64,000 nt of DNA from Sphaerodactylus townsendi (Eukaryota): the NCBI RefSeq assembly GCF_021028975.2, contig NC_059437.1:35402001-35466000 (forward strand). The letters are read 5' to 3'. Below the pieces are notes generated by a model. It saw only the letters and a list, made by a program, of their open reading frames with translations. It was not told where the DNA came from and searched no databases. A program made the translations under genes and the position numbers. Shown here one piece after another: positions 38,380-51,245 of this stretch (within the stretch, counting starts at the first letter, position 1; each line of letters starts with the position of its first letter).

Positions 38380-38485
38380 TGTCCAACGCGAACTGGACTA
38401 ACTGCGCATGCGTTTTCCAGCCTTTCAGAACCCTGCGTGAGAGAGATGACGTAATTGAAGCGGCATGAATCAAGATGGCGGCCTT
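38380..38485 (+). promoter_or_regulatory. COQ5 core promoter (NRF1, CRE/ATF-like and YY1 motifs)
   Basis: TGCGCATGCG 38403-38412, ATGACGTAAT 38446-38455, CAAGATGGCGGC 38471-38482 overlapping the start codon; a typical motif set for nuclear-encoded mitochondrial genes. Confidence 0.65.
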
Positions 38486-41400
38486 CACAGGAGCCGCTTC
38501 TTGCCTGGTTTTGCGAGGTTGCCATGAACAGTGGCTGCTTCTTGGGTGGGGGCGTCGGCTGTGCAGTGGAGGGAGGCGCGCGGCAGCCAATGCGAGGACT
38601 CACTTTGGGTTTCAAACTGTGTCTGAGGAAGAGAAGGGAAAGAAGGGTGAGAATTAGGTTGTTATTCTTGGGGAGACACCTGCCCCGTCCCGTCTAGGAA
38701 AGGCGGTACTTAGAGGGCTGCTATCATCTGTTGTTTTATATTGCATTTCTTGTATGGTCAAAGTGTTTCAAGTATTTGTGAAGCCTTGTGGAATTGCATA
38801 AGGCAACATTCTAGGCCCCTGACCTTTGAATATGCGGTGGTTAGATTGCCGGAATTGGATACCCAGGTTAGTATGCCCCCCACTGCCATGGAAGTTTGGT
38901 GAATGACCTTGGGTAAGTCACACCTACCTTCATGTCTTAACTGGCCTCATGGAGCTGCTGTGATTATAAAATGGAGGGGAGGAGAATGAGGTAGCTCAGA
39001 GTTACATTGGAGAGAAAAGTAGGGTGTAAATGAAATAAATAAATAAAACCTTGGCAATAGAGGGAGAAGAAATACAGAAATTAAGTTAAGAGTAGAATGT
39101 GGGCAAATCAAACATATGTCGACTTTGTTTCAGTAAAGCATGGAGACTTAGAAACTGAGGCAAACATTTAACAGAAAATGTTATTTTAGTGATCACAGAT
39201 TAGGATGAAATCCTGGAAGACAGTGGCAGGTTTCCTACCAAGTTAATGCTTTCATATGCGGGAAAGAGCCAGCTTTCTTTGTATCTACCAGTATGAACTA
39301 TAGGTAGGATCCTATGCATCACAACTGGAAGGTGCTGCCATACATACAGATACTTTCTTGTCTTCGCCTGGCACCCATGGTGCAGTGTTTGAGTCCTTTG
39401 TGGACCCCATATAAAATGGGCAGCTGCATTGAGGAAGTAATTGAAATTGCCCTTGTTGAATCCACAGAGCATCTTTTACTAGTGGACAGAACAATTAGGT
39501 CCAATGTAAGCATTATATTCGATCAAAATGGGACTTGTCTGGTCTGCCAGTTTACCATTTTAAAAAAATCATTTCAGTTCACCAAGTCTTTGAAAATGTG
39601 GCAGAGAAGTATGATATAATGAATGATTCAATGAGTCTGGGGATCCATCGAATCTGGAAAGACATCTTCGTGCACCAGATGAACCCATATCCAGGAACCC
39701 AGTTGCTTGATGTTGCTGGAGGGACAGGTAAGCCGTAAACAATCCCAAGCTTATTATGGCTTATCTTAACACCATGTGTATGTTGAATATGCAACTCTAA
39801 ACTATGAAATATACTGTATAGACTAGCCTAGTTTAAAAGAACTGACATGTCAAAAAAGTCCAGAGTGTGTATGTCAGGATATGATTTTTAATGAATTCAT
39901 GTCATTTGATGGTATATGAAAGAAAATATTATAAAAACAGGGAAGAAATTCAATCACAACTGTCAAGCCAATCATGTTAAAGTTAGTTGAGTTAGTTTGT
40001 GGACTAAATGAAAAGTATGAGGAAAACTAGCTTACATTTACAAAATCTAAATTCCAAGGAGCTGGGATACCCATGGAATTTGAAATTCAAAATTTGTCAT
40101 TTCTTCAGGAGGGAAGATTAACGTCATCAACATGAATTGAGTGAACAAACTTTCCACTCTCTATCCTTTGTTTGAACATTTAATTTCAGGGGAGATCCTA
40201 TATTGTGAATCTTCCTTTCGCAACAAATGCAGGTGACATCGCCTTTCGATTTATCAATTATGTTCGTTCCCAGCGGGAGCATCAGGTTCGACAGAAGCTG
40301 AGGACACACCAGAATTTATCATGGCAGGAAATTACCAAACTTTACCAGGAAGAGGAACATAAATCATTGGGGGACTCCCATGTGGTGGTCTGTGACATTA
40401 GCAAGGAGATGCTGAAGGCTGGAAAGCAGAAGTCACGACGTCTTGGCTATTCTGAAGGTAATGAACTGTAACTTCTGCAATGCAGGGGTGCGCGTTAATA
40501 ATGGCAAGCCATAATTGTATGCATTATCATGTGAATTGATCCTATGAAATAAGCTCCAGAAACTTGGAGAGGTAGACCTTTCTCTTTTCTCTAGTGGTCC
40601 CTCAAGACCTCTGAAAAGCCAGAGAATCATGAAGACCTCTTGGACAAAATGCAACAAGGTGTGGGAAGCTGCAGTTAAGAGGAGGAATGCAGTAAAGTCA
40701 CCTATCTTACACATTACCTGCCTCGGCAACAGGAGGAGGTGGAAGAAATTTTGTCTTATTCCCCCTCCTCACTGTAGCAAAACAGATCTTCTGAGAAAGT
40801 GAAGCAGCACTCTGCAAACCTTGACAAATGAAATCAGAAATAGTTTATTAAGGATAGTGATACTAAGGGGTTGACTTGGAGTATTGCCACACTCAAGCAG
40901 GGACAATAATGATTATTGGAAGGTGTAACTCTGGGACAAGCTTAGATGCAAACAGAGTTCAAGATATTATTATGGTTTATGAAGCTGCTGCATAGCAGCC
41001 AACACAAATGGTGTTGTTAGAAATTGGCTTCCATGGTGATTGAATTAGTGGTTGAAGCTTGTCTTCGAGCCATGTGCAGAGACTCATGATTTGTTTCATA
41101 GAAGATCTGAAAGAGAGGTAGCCATGTTGGTCCATAGCAAACTCCAAAAAATAAAAATCATGGAATATTTTTAATAAGATCTGTCCAAATAATACACCAT
41201 GATATGCAAGCTTTCAAGTTCTCCAATACTAATCATCATGATGTATGCTACAAAGCAAAAAAAAAAAAAAAGGTGGGAGGTGTTCCTCAGCCATGACCTT
41301 AAGGCCTCTTCATCAGCGTCTTGTACAGAACGTTTTGCTGCCTTTAGTGAGCATAAGAAGTGGATAGTATCATATTGCACTCTTGCCATGCTAGAAACAA

Positions 41401-44400
41401 GAAGCAAGAGAAGGATGCCATCCAGTTGAAACTGTGCAACCAGTAATTTATCCCATGTCTCTGACAATTTCCACAAGACTGTCTTTGTTGGGAAGATTAC
41501 CATTGAATGTGACGCTGAACAATTCCTTCTATATTTTGTCAAAGGATTGTCATGGGTGCTTGGGAATGCAGAAGAACTTCCCTTCAACAATGACAGATTT
41601 GATATTTACACAAATGTCTTTGGCATTCGGAATGTCACTCGTATTGACCAGGTGAGCATCACGGAGGTGTCTTATACTGGGGAGCTAAAGAAAAGAACTC
41701 TGTACTATTCTGGAGATTGACCTCAAGTCATGCCTTTAAGGATACATCTCCCTTGTACTCCCATATTCTACCCAACATTTGGGCAACATATTTTCAAAAA
41801 ATGTATGAGGATCCCTCCCAATAGGATCCCCTTCCACAAAAGATCAAGGACCAACTCAAATGATCCACAGTCTCCAGAGGAGAGACTGATTTTTTTATTG
41901 GTTAAATGAGAAGAGGAAAGCCCCTGGCAAAGATTTAACTCTAACCCTAACCCATCTGAATTTCTGAAAAAATAACATAAAATGATGGGCTCCATTCTTG
42001 GCATCACTCCCCACTTAGGTCATATTCACCAGGACTGAGGCGTGGTGATCCTTTTTCCGTTTGTTAAAAGGGGAGGGAGGAATGATCCGTCAAGTTATCT
42101 GACAACTTACCTGATATTAGCAAATTGTATGTGAAACATCTTTAGATAAATGAACAGACTTTTTGCTGATTTTCTAAATCAGTAACATTGGCATATATTG
42201 GCATCACTAATGTGGTAACCATGGTGCCCTCAGACTCCTTTCCTGGACATCAGAGGGAGATCTGACTTGCTGTGCAGATTTTCTTTTTAAGCTGCTTTGG
42301 CCACGACTGCCAACACAATACAAAGATCTTCACGCTAAAGCAGTATGTTCTTCTTTAAAAGGCATCCTGTAAAGCCGAGCTTCTGCCCAAAATGTCGAAG
42401 TTATTATTAGTTATGCATAACCTCTCACATTTTGTGGTTGGTTCCACCTTCTGTGGCAGCCGTTTTGTGACTGCATCCACCAATCTGTATCAGAATTCCA
42501 AAGGCGCCTGCAGGCTTACAGTTTTAGGGGGTCCTGCATGATACTGATCTCTTATTGATAATTTAGTAAGACCCTTGTATCTGATGTCATTAGCTAACTC
42601 TTTGCTCGGTGTGATTCCTGTTTGCTGTGTATCATTCTGAATGGGTACTGAAATCTGGCATTTCGTTCTCAGAGTAGATGTGCATTATTTTTTTAAAAAC
42701 CTCCTCCCCTGGCTTGTTTGCTGCTGCTTCAAGGGGCTACCTCAAATGCTTAAATGCCTCTTTGAGAGAGGCAACCTTCATCAAGCCCCACTTTAAAAAC
42801 ATTGCTTTAGAACAAACCTCCTTTGTATTTGTCTTGTTTTAGGCACTACAGGAGGCCTATCGTGTCTTGAAACCAGGAGGGCGATTTATGTGTCTGGAAT
42901 TTAGTCATGTCAACAATTCCTTAGTTTCAAGGTTGGATTATGTTTCCTCTCATTTTTCATTACCTTAAACAAATAATATTCATGCCCAGTAGCACCTTAA
43001 CAACAACGTTTTCCAGGGTATCAGTTTTTTTGAGTCAAAGCTCATCAGTTACAACTCTGACCTACAAAGGCTTATAACCTGGAAATTGAAAGTAATCCTG
43101 GACTCACTTTCAGTCTTCTGCTACAGATTTAACACAGCTACCTACCTTGAGCAAACAGGATTTGCGTAACACAGTGAAATGTTGTTGAGGTCACATGAAA
43201 TGACTGTTTCCATTTGTTTACTTAATGCAGTTTCTGCCTCACTCCTTCCCAAAGGTTCAGAACAGTTAAAAATAAAACAACATGTGCACAGTAAAAAAAC
43301 AACAACCCCTCCTTGTGGTCAATTATTATATTCCCTTGGGACAAGAAGCAGGGTCTGAACTTGCTTGAGCCGGGATTCCCTCCCAGGCTGTACTGGAAGA
43401 GCAAACCACTCCAACCCCCCCCCCCCCCAACATAGCAAACCAAGGAAGAAGCATTAAAATAAAGTGATTGCATCTGCCATGGATAATCAAAATTAGTTTT
43501 CTCTCTGAGGTTTTCTTGAGGGTATTCTGGATTGTTTGAAACATGTAAAAGCAGTGCTATTTCAGGGTGCACTCCTGGTTAGACCAAAACAATCTTCCTT
43601 CAAGCAGCATTATATCATCAAGTGTTTTTAACACCAAATCAATGTCCAAGTCAAAGCCTTTACTAAAGACATGGATATGGTCCTTTCCCCCCACCAATTA
43701 AAATGAACTGTAATACCCACAAGAGGCATCTTACCTGGATTTTGGTAGGCCTGTATAGTACAAACTTTAAGCCATTCAAACATAGTAGGCTTAGATACTA
43801 TCTGCTCTAGAGAGCAATCATAGGACTGTCTGTTCAGAATACTACTCAGTTCTATGTAATGGTGCTTTCTCCCATGAAACTTTTTTTAGGATGTTACTGT
43901 TAGTCTCTCAGAACAAGGTAAATGGGCCAAAACTCTATGCTAGCCATCCTATGCAAATAAACCTAAAAAGATAGTAAATATGCATACTCCTTGTTAGGGC
44001 TGTAAAGCCCTTGTTCAGTTCTAAATTGAAAACATGTACCCCACAGCAAGATCAAGTCAACTTATTGTAAGGAATTTGAATGTAAAGGTGGTAGGAAAGA
44101 GTCTTGGTACCACAGTATACTGCCACTTGCAACTTCTTCTGGAATGTTTATTTAGTGATCACTCCATTTCATTTCTCATCATCTTATCACTCAGCTGGAT
44201 GTTCAAATCGTCCTTGTGATCTGTTATGGACAGTAGGTGTTTTTCTACCTGGTACAATAGGGCAAGTGATTCTCTAAGAAGTTGAAGAGAGGAAGTTCCC
44301 CATAGTGATTCAGATAAAAGTGCTGAAAACAGTTAATTCTTGCTTGTTGAAAGCAGAATGAGATAACCATCACCACATATGTACTTCTGCTTCCCTTGCA

Positions 44401-44832
44401 TCTTGAGTTGGATGCAGTGGTGCTTGGTTAAGACACTTAAAACATTTTGAAATGATAATTGTCACAGACTCGTGTAGAGAATAGCCCTGTGCAAAGATTT
44501 GAATTTATATTAACCTGCAATATTTACTTTCACAGTCTCTATGATCTGTATAGTTTCCAAGTTATCCCTGTGTTGGGTGAGGTGATTGCTGGTGACTGGA
44601 AATCCTACCAGTACCTTGTGGAAAGCATCAGGTGTTTTCTGAACCAGGTAAGACAATACTTAATTGCCTCTCAGATAAGGAAGTCAGGAATTCATGTATG
44701 ATCACTTAAATCTCCATTGCTGCATTTCAGGAAGAACTGAAGGAGCTGATGGAAGATGTGGGCTTCCTGAAGGTGGAATATCGTAACTTGAATTCAGGCA
44801 TTGTGGCCATTCACTCTGGCTTCAAGCTGTGA
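38475..44832 (+). CDS. COQ5: COQ5 mitochondrial 2-methoxy-6-polyprenyl-1,4-benzoquinol C-methyltransferase (UbiE/COQ5 family), 7 exons: join(38475-38646,39578-39727,40233-40457,41545-41651,42843-42931,44536-44647,44731-44832), 318 aa
   Basis: [40 protein letters not shown] (SAM motif I), [15 protein letters not shown] and [11 protein letters not shown] motifs; GT-AG introns, 957 nt in frame. Confidence 0.96.
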
Positions 44833-45654
44833 CTTTCAGGGAAAACATTTCCTGATAGAAAATACAGATCTTATGAAAACTGAATCATGATAGATTAATT
44901 AATCTATCACAAGAATCAATATTTAAAGTCCTGGAGTGGAGGCTTTAGGGGTGCATTTTTTAAAGGAAAAAGTATATTGTATGTATTTGGAGCATCTCTT
45001 TATCCTGTCAAGTAATAATACAAAGGCTTGCATTACTCACCTGAACCAGAGGCTTAAGTTTTTTAATATCTGATTTTTTACTCATTGGCAGTACAAAAAA
45101 ATCCAGAGCTCGTTTGTCTGCTCTTTGGTTATGTAAGCTGCCCTTAGTGTATTGACAGGTGGAAAATGAGATAAAATTGGTGTCCAAATGAAAGGTGTGG
45201 TTTTCCTGAACCTAAATAGCTCTGGGGTACTGTCTTGACCAAAGGTCCCTCGCCTGACTATAAAGTTGTGGGAGAAATAGGCACATATCCCTGTGTACTG
45301 CTACTCCACAGTATATTGCTCTATAATGCTGGAGATGTAAGTTTCCAAAAGATAAATGTAGAGTGGGTGTTCTAGGTATTTCATAGGAATACAGAAAGCA
45401 GTGTATTGGGTAGATAATTGCTCCTCAGAACTTCAGAAAAGCAAACAGGCAACGTTGACTGAACATTGTTAGTGCAGAGCTTCACCTCTCTGCTCAGAAT
45501 GATCAAAACTAGAATTATGCAAGTTGAGCTTTTTCTTGATATGCAGTTCCGGTGTCATAATGGAATGGTTATGGATCCCTGGAGGGTATACCCCCACCAC
45601 ACATAAGAGGGCTTTTTTTAATGCCTGTGAACTCTTCCAGAGGACAAGCAGTGA

Positions 45655-45660
45655 AATAAA
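45655..45660 (+). terminator. Candidate COQ5 polyadenylation signal AATAAA
   Basis: AATAAA about 820 nt downstream of the COQ5 stop. Confidence 0.4.
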
Positions 45661-47302
45661 ACTAAAACATTTTATATCCAGAAATTGAGTTTACCTCTGC
45701 TGAATATTTGTGCTGTTGGAAACTTTGGTAACTATAGCAGCTATCACTAGTACTAGCCATTCCTAACTTTTCAATTGAGCATAAAGATACTGTCACATAA
45801 CTGTAAAAATGTTTTACTTACCCCCCCCCCCCCCCCCCCCCCCAACCGGGTCTTCCAGTGTGAATGGATTCTGCCCATTATGTGTGAGGACTCTTATACT
45901 AATTTGAGTTGTTTAGTAATGGGGAAACAAAATCTGAATGCATACATAGAGCAGGCAAATCTTGTCTACATTGATGAGTGTGCTGGAAGGTAATTTCATA
46001 CACAAAATTATGTTATCCAAGTGGTCGTGTGTTACCTATACAAATCTAAAGGAATGTATTTTACATCAGTTTAACATAGCACAAATGTTGCTTCCCTAAT
46101 ACAAACCATAATTTGCTGTGTCAATTGCAGGCACTGTACAGTCTGTCAGGGAAAGGCACAATCTCAGATGTTTCCTTCTTTGGGGTAACAGAACCCATAT
46201 GGAATAATAGCCACATAGGTATGGAAAGGGTAAAATTACTCCCTCTTGCATGAGCAGAGCTCCTGGTACTCTTATCCTTTCTCCACAGGAACCTGTCAAC
46301 CCATGTGGCTATTTTGTACAAGCCTTGCAGCCCCAAACATAAAGTCTCCTGTGGCTAAAAAGGCCAGGGGACAAAAAGTTGAGAAGATCGGCAGCAATCT
46401 TTGCACTGTCCATCACCCACTAAACTGCTACTCTACGATGTATGTGCGTTCACAAATAGTTGAGCTCCTCTCTGAACAGAACATTAAATCACGAGTGCTT
46501 TGTCCAAAAAACTATATTGAATACCTATTTGAATTCAGACACCTTCTGTACAATAAAAGTCTGAAAGATGTTTCAGCCTATGTACATTAAATGCATGCAG
46601 TCCTCAGGATGCTTACTTGCAAGTCCCAGTTAAGCTGATAAAATTTAATTTCAAGTCACTATGCTTACAGGCAGCACAAATCAAACAGCCTTGACAATGG
46701 CACTTCATAAACATTTTCAGCTAGTTTGGAAAATCAGTCACCAAGACTGGCACCAATACCAGATTTCAGGTATCCTGGGCCTTGCTCAAGAGTCTAGAGG
46801 TATATATGCCTTAAGTAGATGTTATTTAAAGCTGGTATTTCAGCTGGTCAGAGATAATAGCAATGGAGAAGAGAAAAGACTGCGCTTAATTCTATCCCTT
46901 CTTGTTTTGATTCCACTGAGATTCTGATAAGAGTTTAGCCAATCAACAGATCAAGCCCAAAAATATAAGTGTTGGACACAGAGCAGACCCTTCAAGAATG
47001 AAGAGATGTGTTCACAAATTCTGGTTTAAAATTCATACCTTCTCTATTATTTGAGGTTCGTATCCAAACCTCCATGAAATTTAGCTGTTGTTCTGGCCCA
47101 TGAGTGGCCACCCACTGAAATCCCAGTATTTGCTAAAAGCAACAGCTCAGCTGCAAGCACAGAACATTAATCTTTTCATCAAGCTTTAGAACAAAAATCA
47201 AGTTCAATAAAACTGAAGGTGGTAAATCTGAAGAGGCAAAAGCTACTGGAAACATGTGAGATGGGCTCTTAACTCTGAAAGGTTGAGTGCATATCCAATA
47301 AT

Positions 47303-47308
47303 TTTATT
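47303..47308 (-). terminator. Candidate DYNLL1 polyadenylation signal AATAAA
   Basis: TTTATT on the plus strand about 230 nt after the DYNLL1 stop, following a U-rich 3'UTR. Confidence 0.6.
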
Positions 47309-47536
47309 AGAAAATTATTTTTTTAAAAAAGAAAATACATACAAGATTATTTTTTGTTATTTTTTATGGCCACAACAAAAACACAAACTGGTACAGAAGA
47401 GTACCTGCCCATTAAAACAACAAAAGGCTTGAAGATCAAGGTGTGTTCCCTGGGGTAGGCTGAAGACTTCAGTCTATTTGGAATTAGTGTACAGTCTTGT
47501 AGTCAAATGCATGTTTGGGTGTAACGATCCCATGTT

Positions 47537-48587
<1,051 letters not shown>

Positions 48588-49539
48588 CTAGTTCTTTAGA
48601 AATTAAATACCCTATGTAACAAAATTTGTTTTAGTTAATGGAATTGGTAAAATATGAAGATGTAAAAGAAAATATTCTGAAATGCCTATAACAGCTTCTG
48701 AAGAGCTTAGAATATTTATTTTATTTCCTTCAACACCTGAAAGTACTTGCAAATTTTAACATTATGCTCACTCAGATTTCAGTAATCCTAGTCCTAGTAT
48801 ATTAGTCATTCAGCATCTCTTCATACTAATTGTATCAGCCTACACTGTGCTTATTAGGTGTGTCTGTCTATGTATGTCTGTTAACAACTATCACCTTGTA
48901 CACCCACATACAAGGACCCACAATATTTCACATGAGTAACCTTGCTTGTTACACAGTACTGCATGAGGTGTGTCCACCCAAACTGCTTCATCTTCTTCAT
49001 GAGGAGGACCTGCATAAAATCCCTATTCCTATTTGCCCTTCATTGCAAAAAGACACTTGGGCAGAATGTGGGATTTCTATCATTCTCTCCAGATAATTCC
49101 TTCCCAAACATTCCCCCAAACCCAGCATTATATTCACTCCCCTGCCCCAATTCTTTTTGTGCATTGTTAGTTTGTGAATTGCACTACTGAACTTTAAAAA
49201 AATGTACATGAATCAGCACATTAACTTTCCTTATTAATATCTTGAAGATATTTTATCCTGTTAAACCTTCAAAAGTGTTGAGCAATGCAATAATCTGTGC
49301 TGTAGAGACAAGTTTTAAATCGTTGCAAGATGCGGACAAGGCCTTTAAATCGATTGACAATACTTAGCACATTAGACATGCCACCTCCCACCTTGCCTAC
49401 CACAATCCTAGGCACTTCCTAATGTCATCCACCTTGTACTTGTCCCTGGTTTACATACAACGCCTAAAGAACCCATAATACCTTCAGTTGTATAAGGGGC
49501 AACTAAAGCAACAACAACGCTATTGCCCACGCCGTAACA

Positions 49540-50600
49540 ACATTTGCACGCAGAACCCTCCAGCGACAGACGCCAGTACCTTCTGTTAAAGGGAAGCCGT
49601 TCCTGCGCCCGCAACCCTGGAGAGCCGCTGTTGCAAGTCCTGAGTCGGTTTCATCGGTTCGTTTTATGCGCTGCCACCTTAAAAGCTCCTCCACCCGCCT
49701 CGCTCCCCCAGAACCACCCCTCCCCGAGACACACGCGGAGAAGGCGGCGGTGCCCCCTTCCATTCCCTGTTTACACCTTTCAGAAATCCCGACCCCTTTT
49801 CCCCATTTCTGAATAAGCACAGCACCGAACACAGTAGCGCCATTTATACAAACGTTTTAAATCGTTTCCGTTCTCGTTCTTTGTAGGGTTTTTTAAAAAA
49901 TACAGAGTCTGGCTCCATACCAACCCCGTGGAAGTGGCGCCGCTCGCTGTTTCCTCAAGGAGTCTGTTGGCATGAAAAGGAACCCCCCCCCTCTCTTCCC
50001 CGCCCTTCCCCCACAGCTGCACAACCTCACGAGGCGCGGAATTCTCCGGACGGGCCTCGCTGAGGAGGGGCTGCCGTCTCCGAGCGCCACCGCGGAGGCT
50101 GCGGCATTCCTCTCACCGTGTGCTGCTGGGCTGCTTCCGAGGACCGCGGGAAGGGATGTTGGTGGAGCGAACGGGTGGGTTGGCGACTCCGCGCTCCTCC
50201 GGCTCCCCCGTCGCGCAACGAACTGAGGAGACCCGCGCGCTCAGCCGCCCTGCAGCCCCTCGCCCGCGACAAGCCTCGAGTGCCGCTCTGCCCACCGGCC
50301 ACGCCCTCCCTCCTCCGCGGCCGGCGCCACGCCCATCCCCTCCCCGGCAACAGTCATTGGCTACGACAACAATACTCCTCGTAGCCTATTGGCTTTTTTC
50401 TCCCTGCTTCCCGCAGGGTTTTATTGTTGCATTTTATTGCGATCCGGCATGCACCGCTACGGCGTCCGTTGCCATGGTTGAGAGGGACTGGGCGGGCGGC
50501 TTCCCGCTGGCCTGGGAGGTCAGTTGAGTGGCGGGCATTTTGCAGAAGTGCAAGTGTGGGGTTCCTTCGGACATGTGCGGGGACCTATTTTGTTTGTCCG
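49540..50600 (-). promoter_or_regulatory. DYNLL1 CpG island/promoter with tandem CCAAT boxes and an RFX X-box-like site
   Basis: ATTGG at 50356-50360 and 50388-50392 (32-bp spacing), GTTGCCATGGTTG at 50468-50480, dense CpG. Confidence 0.65.
50117..50235 (-). other. DYNLL1: Probable non-coding first exon of DYNLL1
   Basis: Minus-strand donor ACG|GTGAG at 50117/50116 inside a CpG island; exon 2 starts GTAACCATG after an AG at 48501-48502, so an upstream UTR exon is required; the 5' end is approximate. Confidence 0.65.
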
Positions 50601-50914
50601 GGAGAAAATGTGTGCTTTGTTTTACTTTTCATTTCTCCTGGGCATGTGGAGACTACTTTTGTAAATTACATTTTTACTTTGCCTTCATGGATCTCAGGGC
50701 GGCGAACTCCTGTCTCCGTCTCAACAGGCAAAACAGCCCTTTGAACACAGATGTTCCCCAGTTCAACTAGTATAGTATACTAACAGTGCCACAGACAGAG
50801 TTACATCTTTATTAGTCCTTCAATGGATTTAGAACAGCGTCATTCTGCTTTGAATTGCACTGTAAACTTCCAATTAGATAGTGATTAGATAGTGAACAAG
50901 AATGCCTGCATTGT

Positions 50915-51245
50915 CTGTCACGATGGCACCCCCCAAGTTTGGTGCAGTTTGGTTCAGGGGGTCCAAAGTTATGGACCCTCAAAACTGTAGCCCCATCTCC
51001 TATTAGCTCCCATTGGAAACAATGGGGGATGGGGCACCCCCTTTGGGAGTCCATAACTTTGGACTCCTTGAACCAAACCTCACCAAACTTGGGGGGACAG
51101 TCTCCTGATGACATGACATAAGGACAGTCTCCTGATGATACGCTGAAATATTGGTGCTGATATGTCTAAAAATGCACCCCCTGCAGGCACCCATGTCCTG
51201 GTGCAAAAAAAAATTGGTTGTGGTGGAGTGGCCACCCATGGGGGG
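50915..51245. repeat. Unclassified interspersed repeat with an internal inverted repeat
   Basis: CCCCCCAAGTTTGGTG...GTCCAAAGTTATGGAC is mirrored by GTCCATAACTTTGGAC...CACCAAACTTGGGGGG. Confidence 0.55.

Noticed and set aside
45822-45843. Long poly-C run as a functional G-quadruplex
   Set aside because: Similar C/G homopolymers are scattered through the window and their lengths are prone to assembly error
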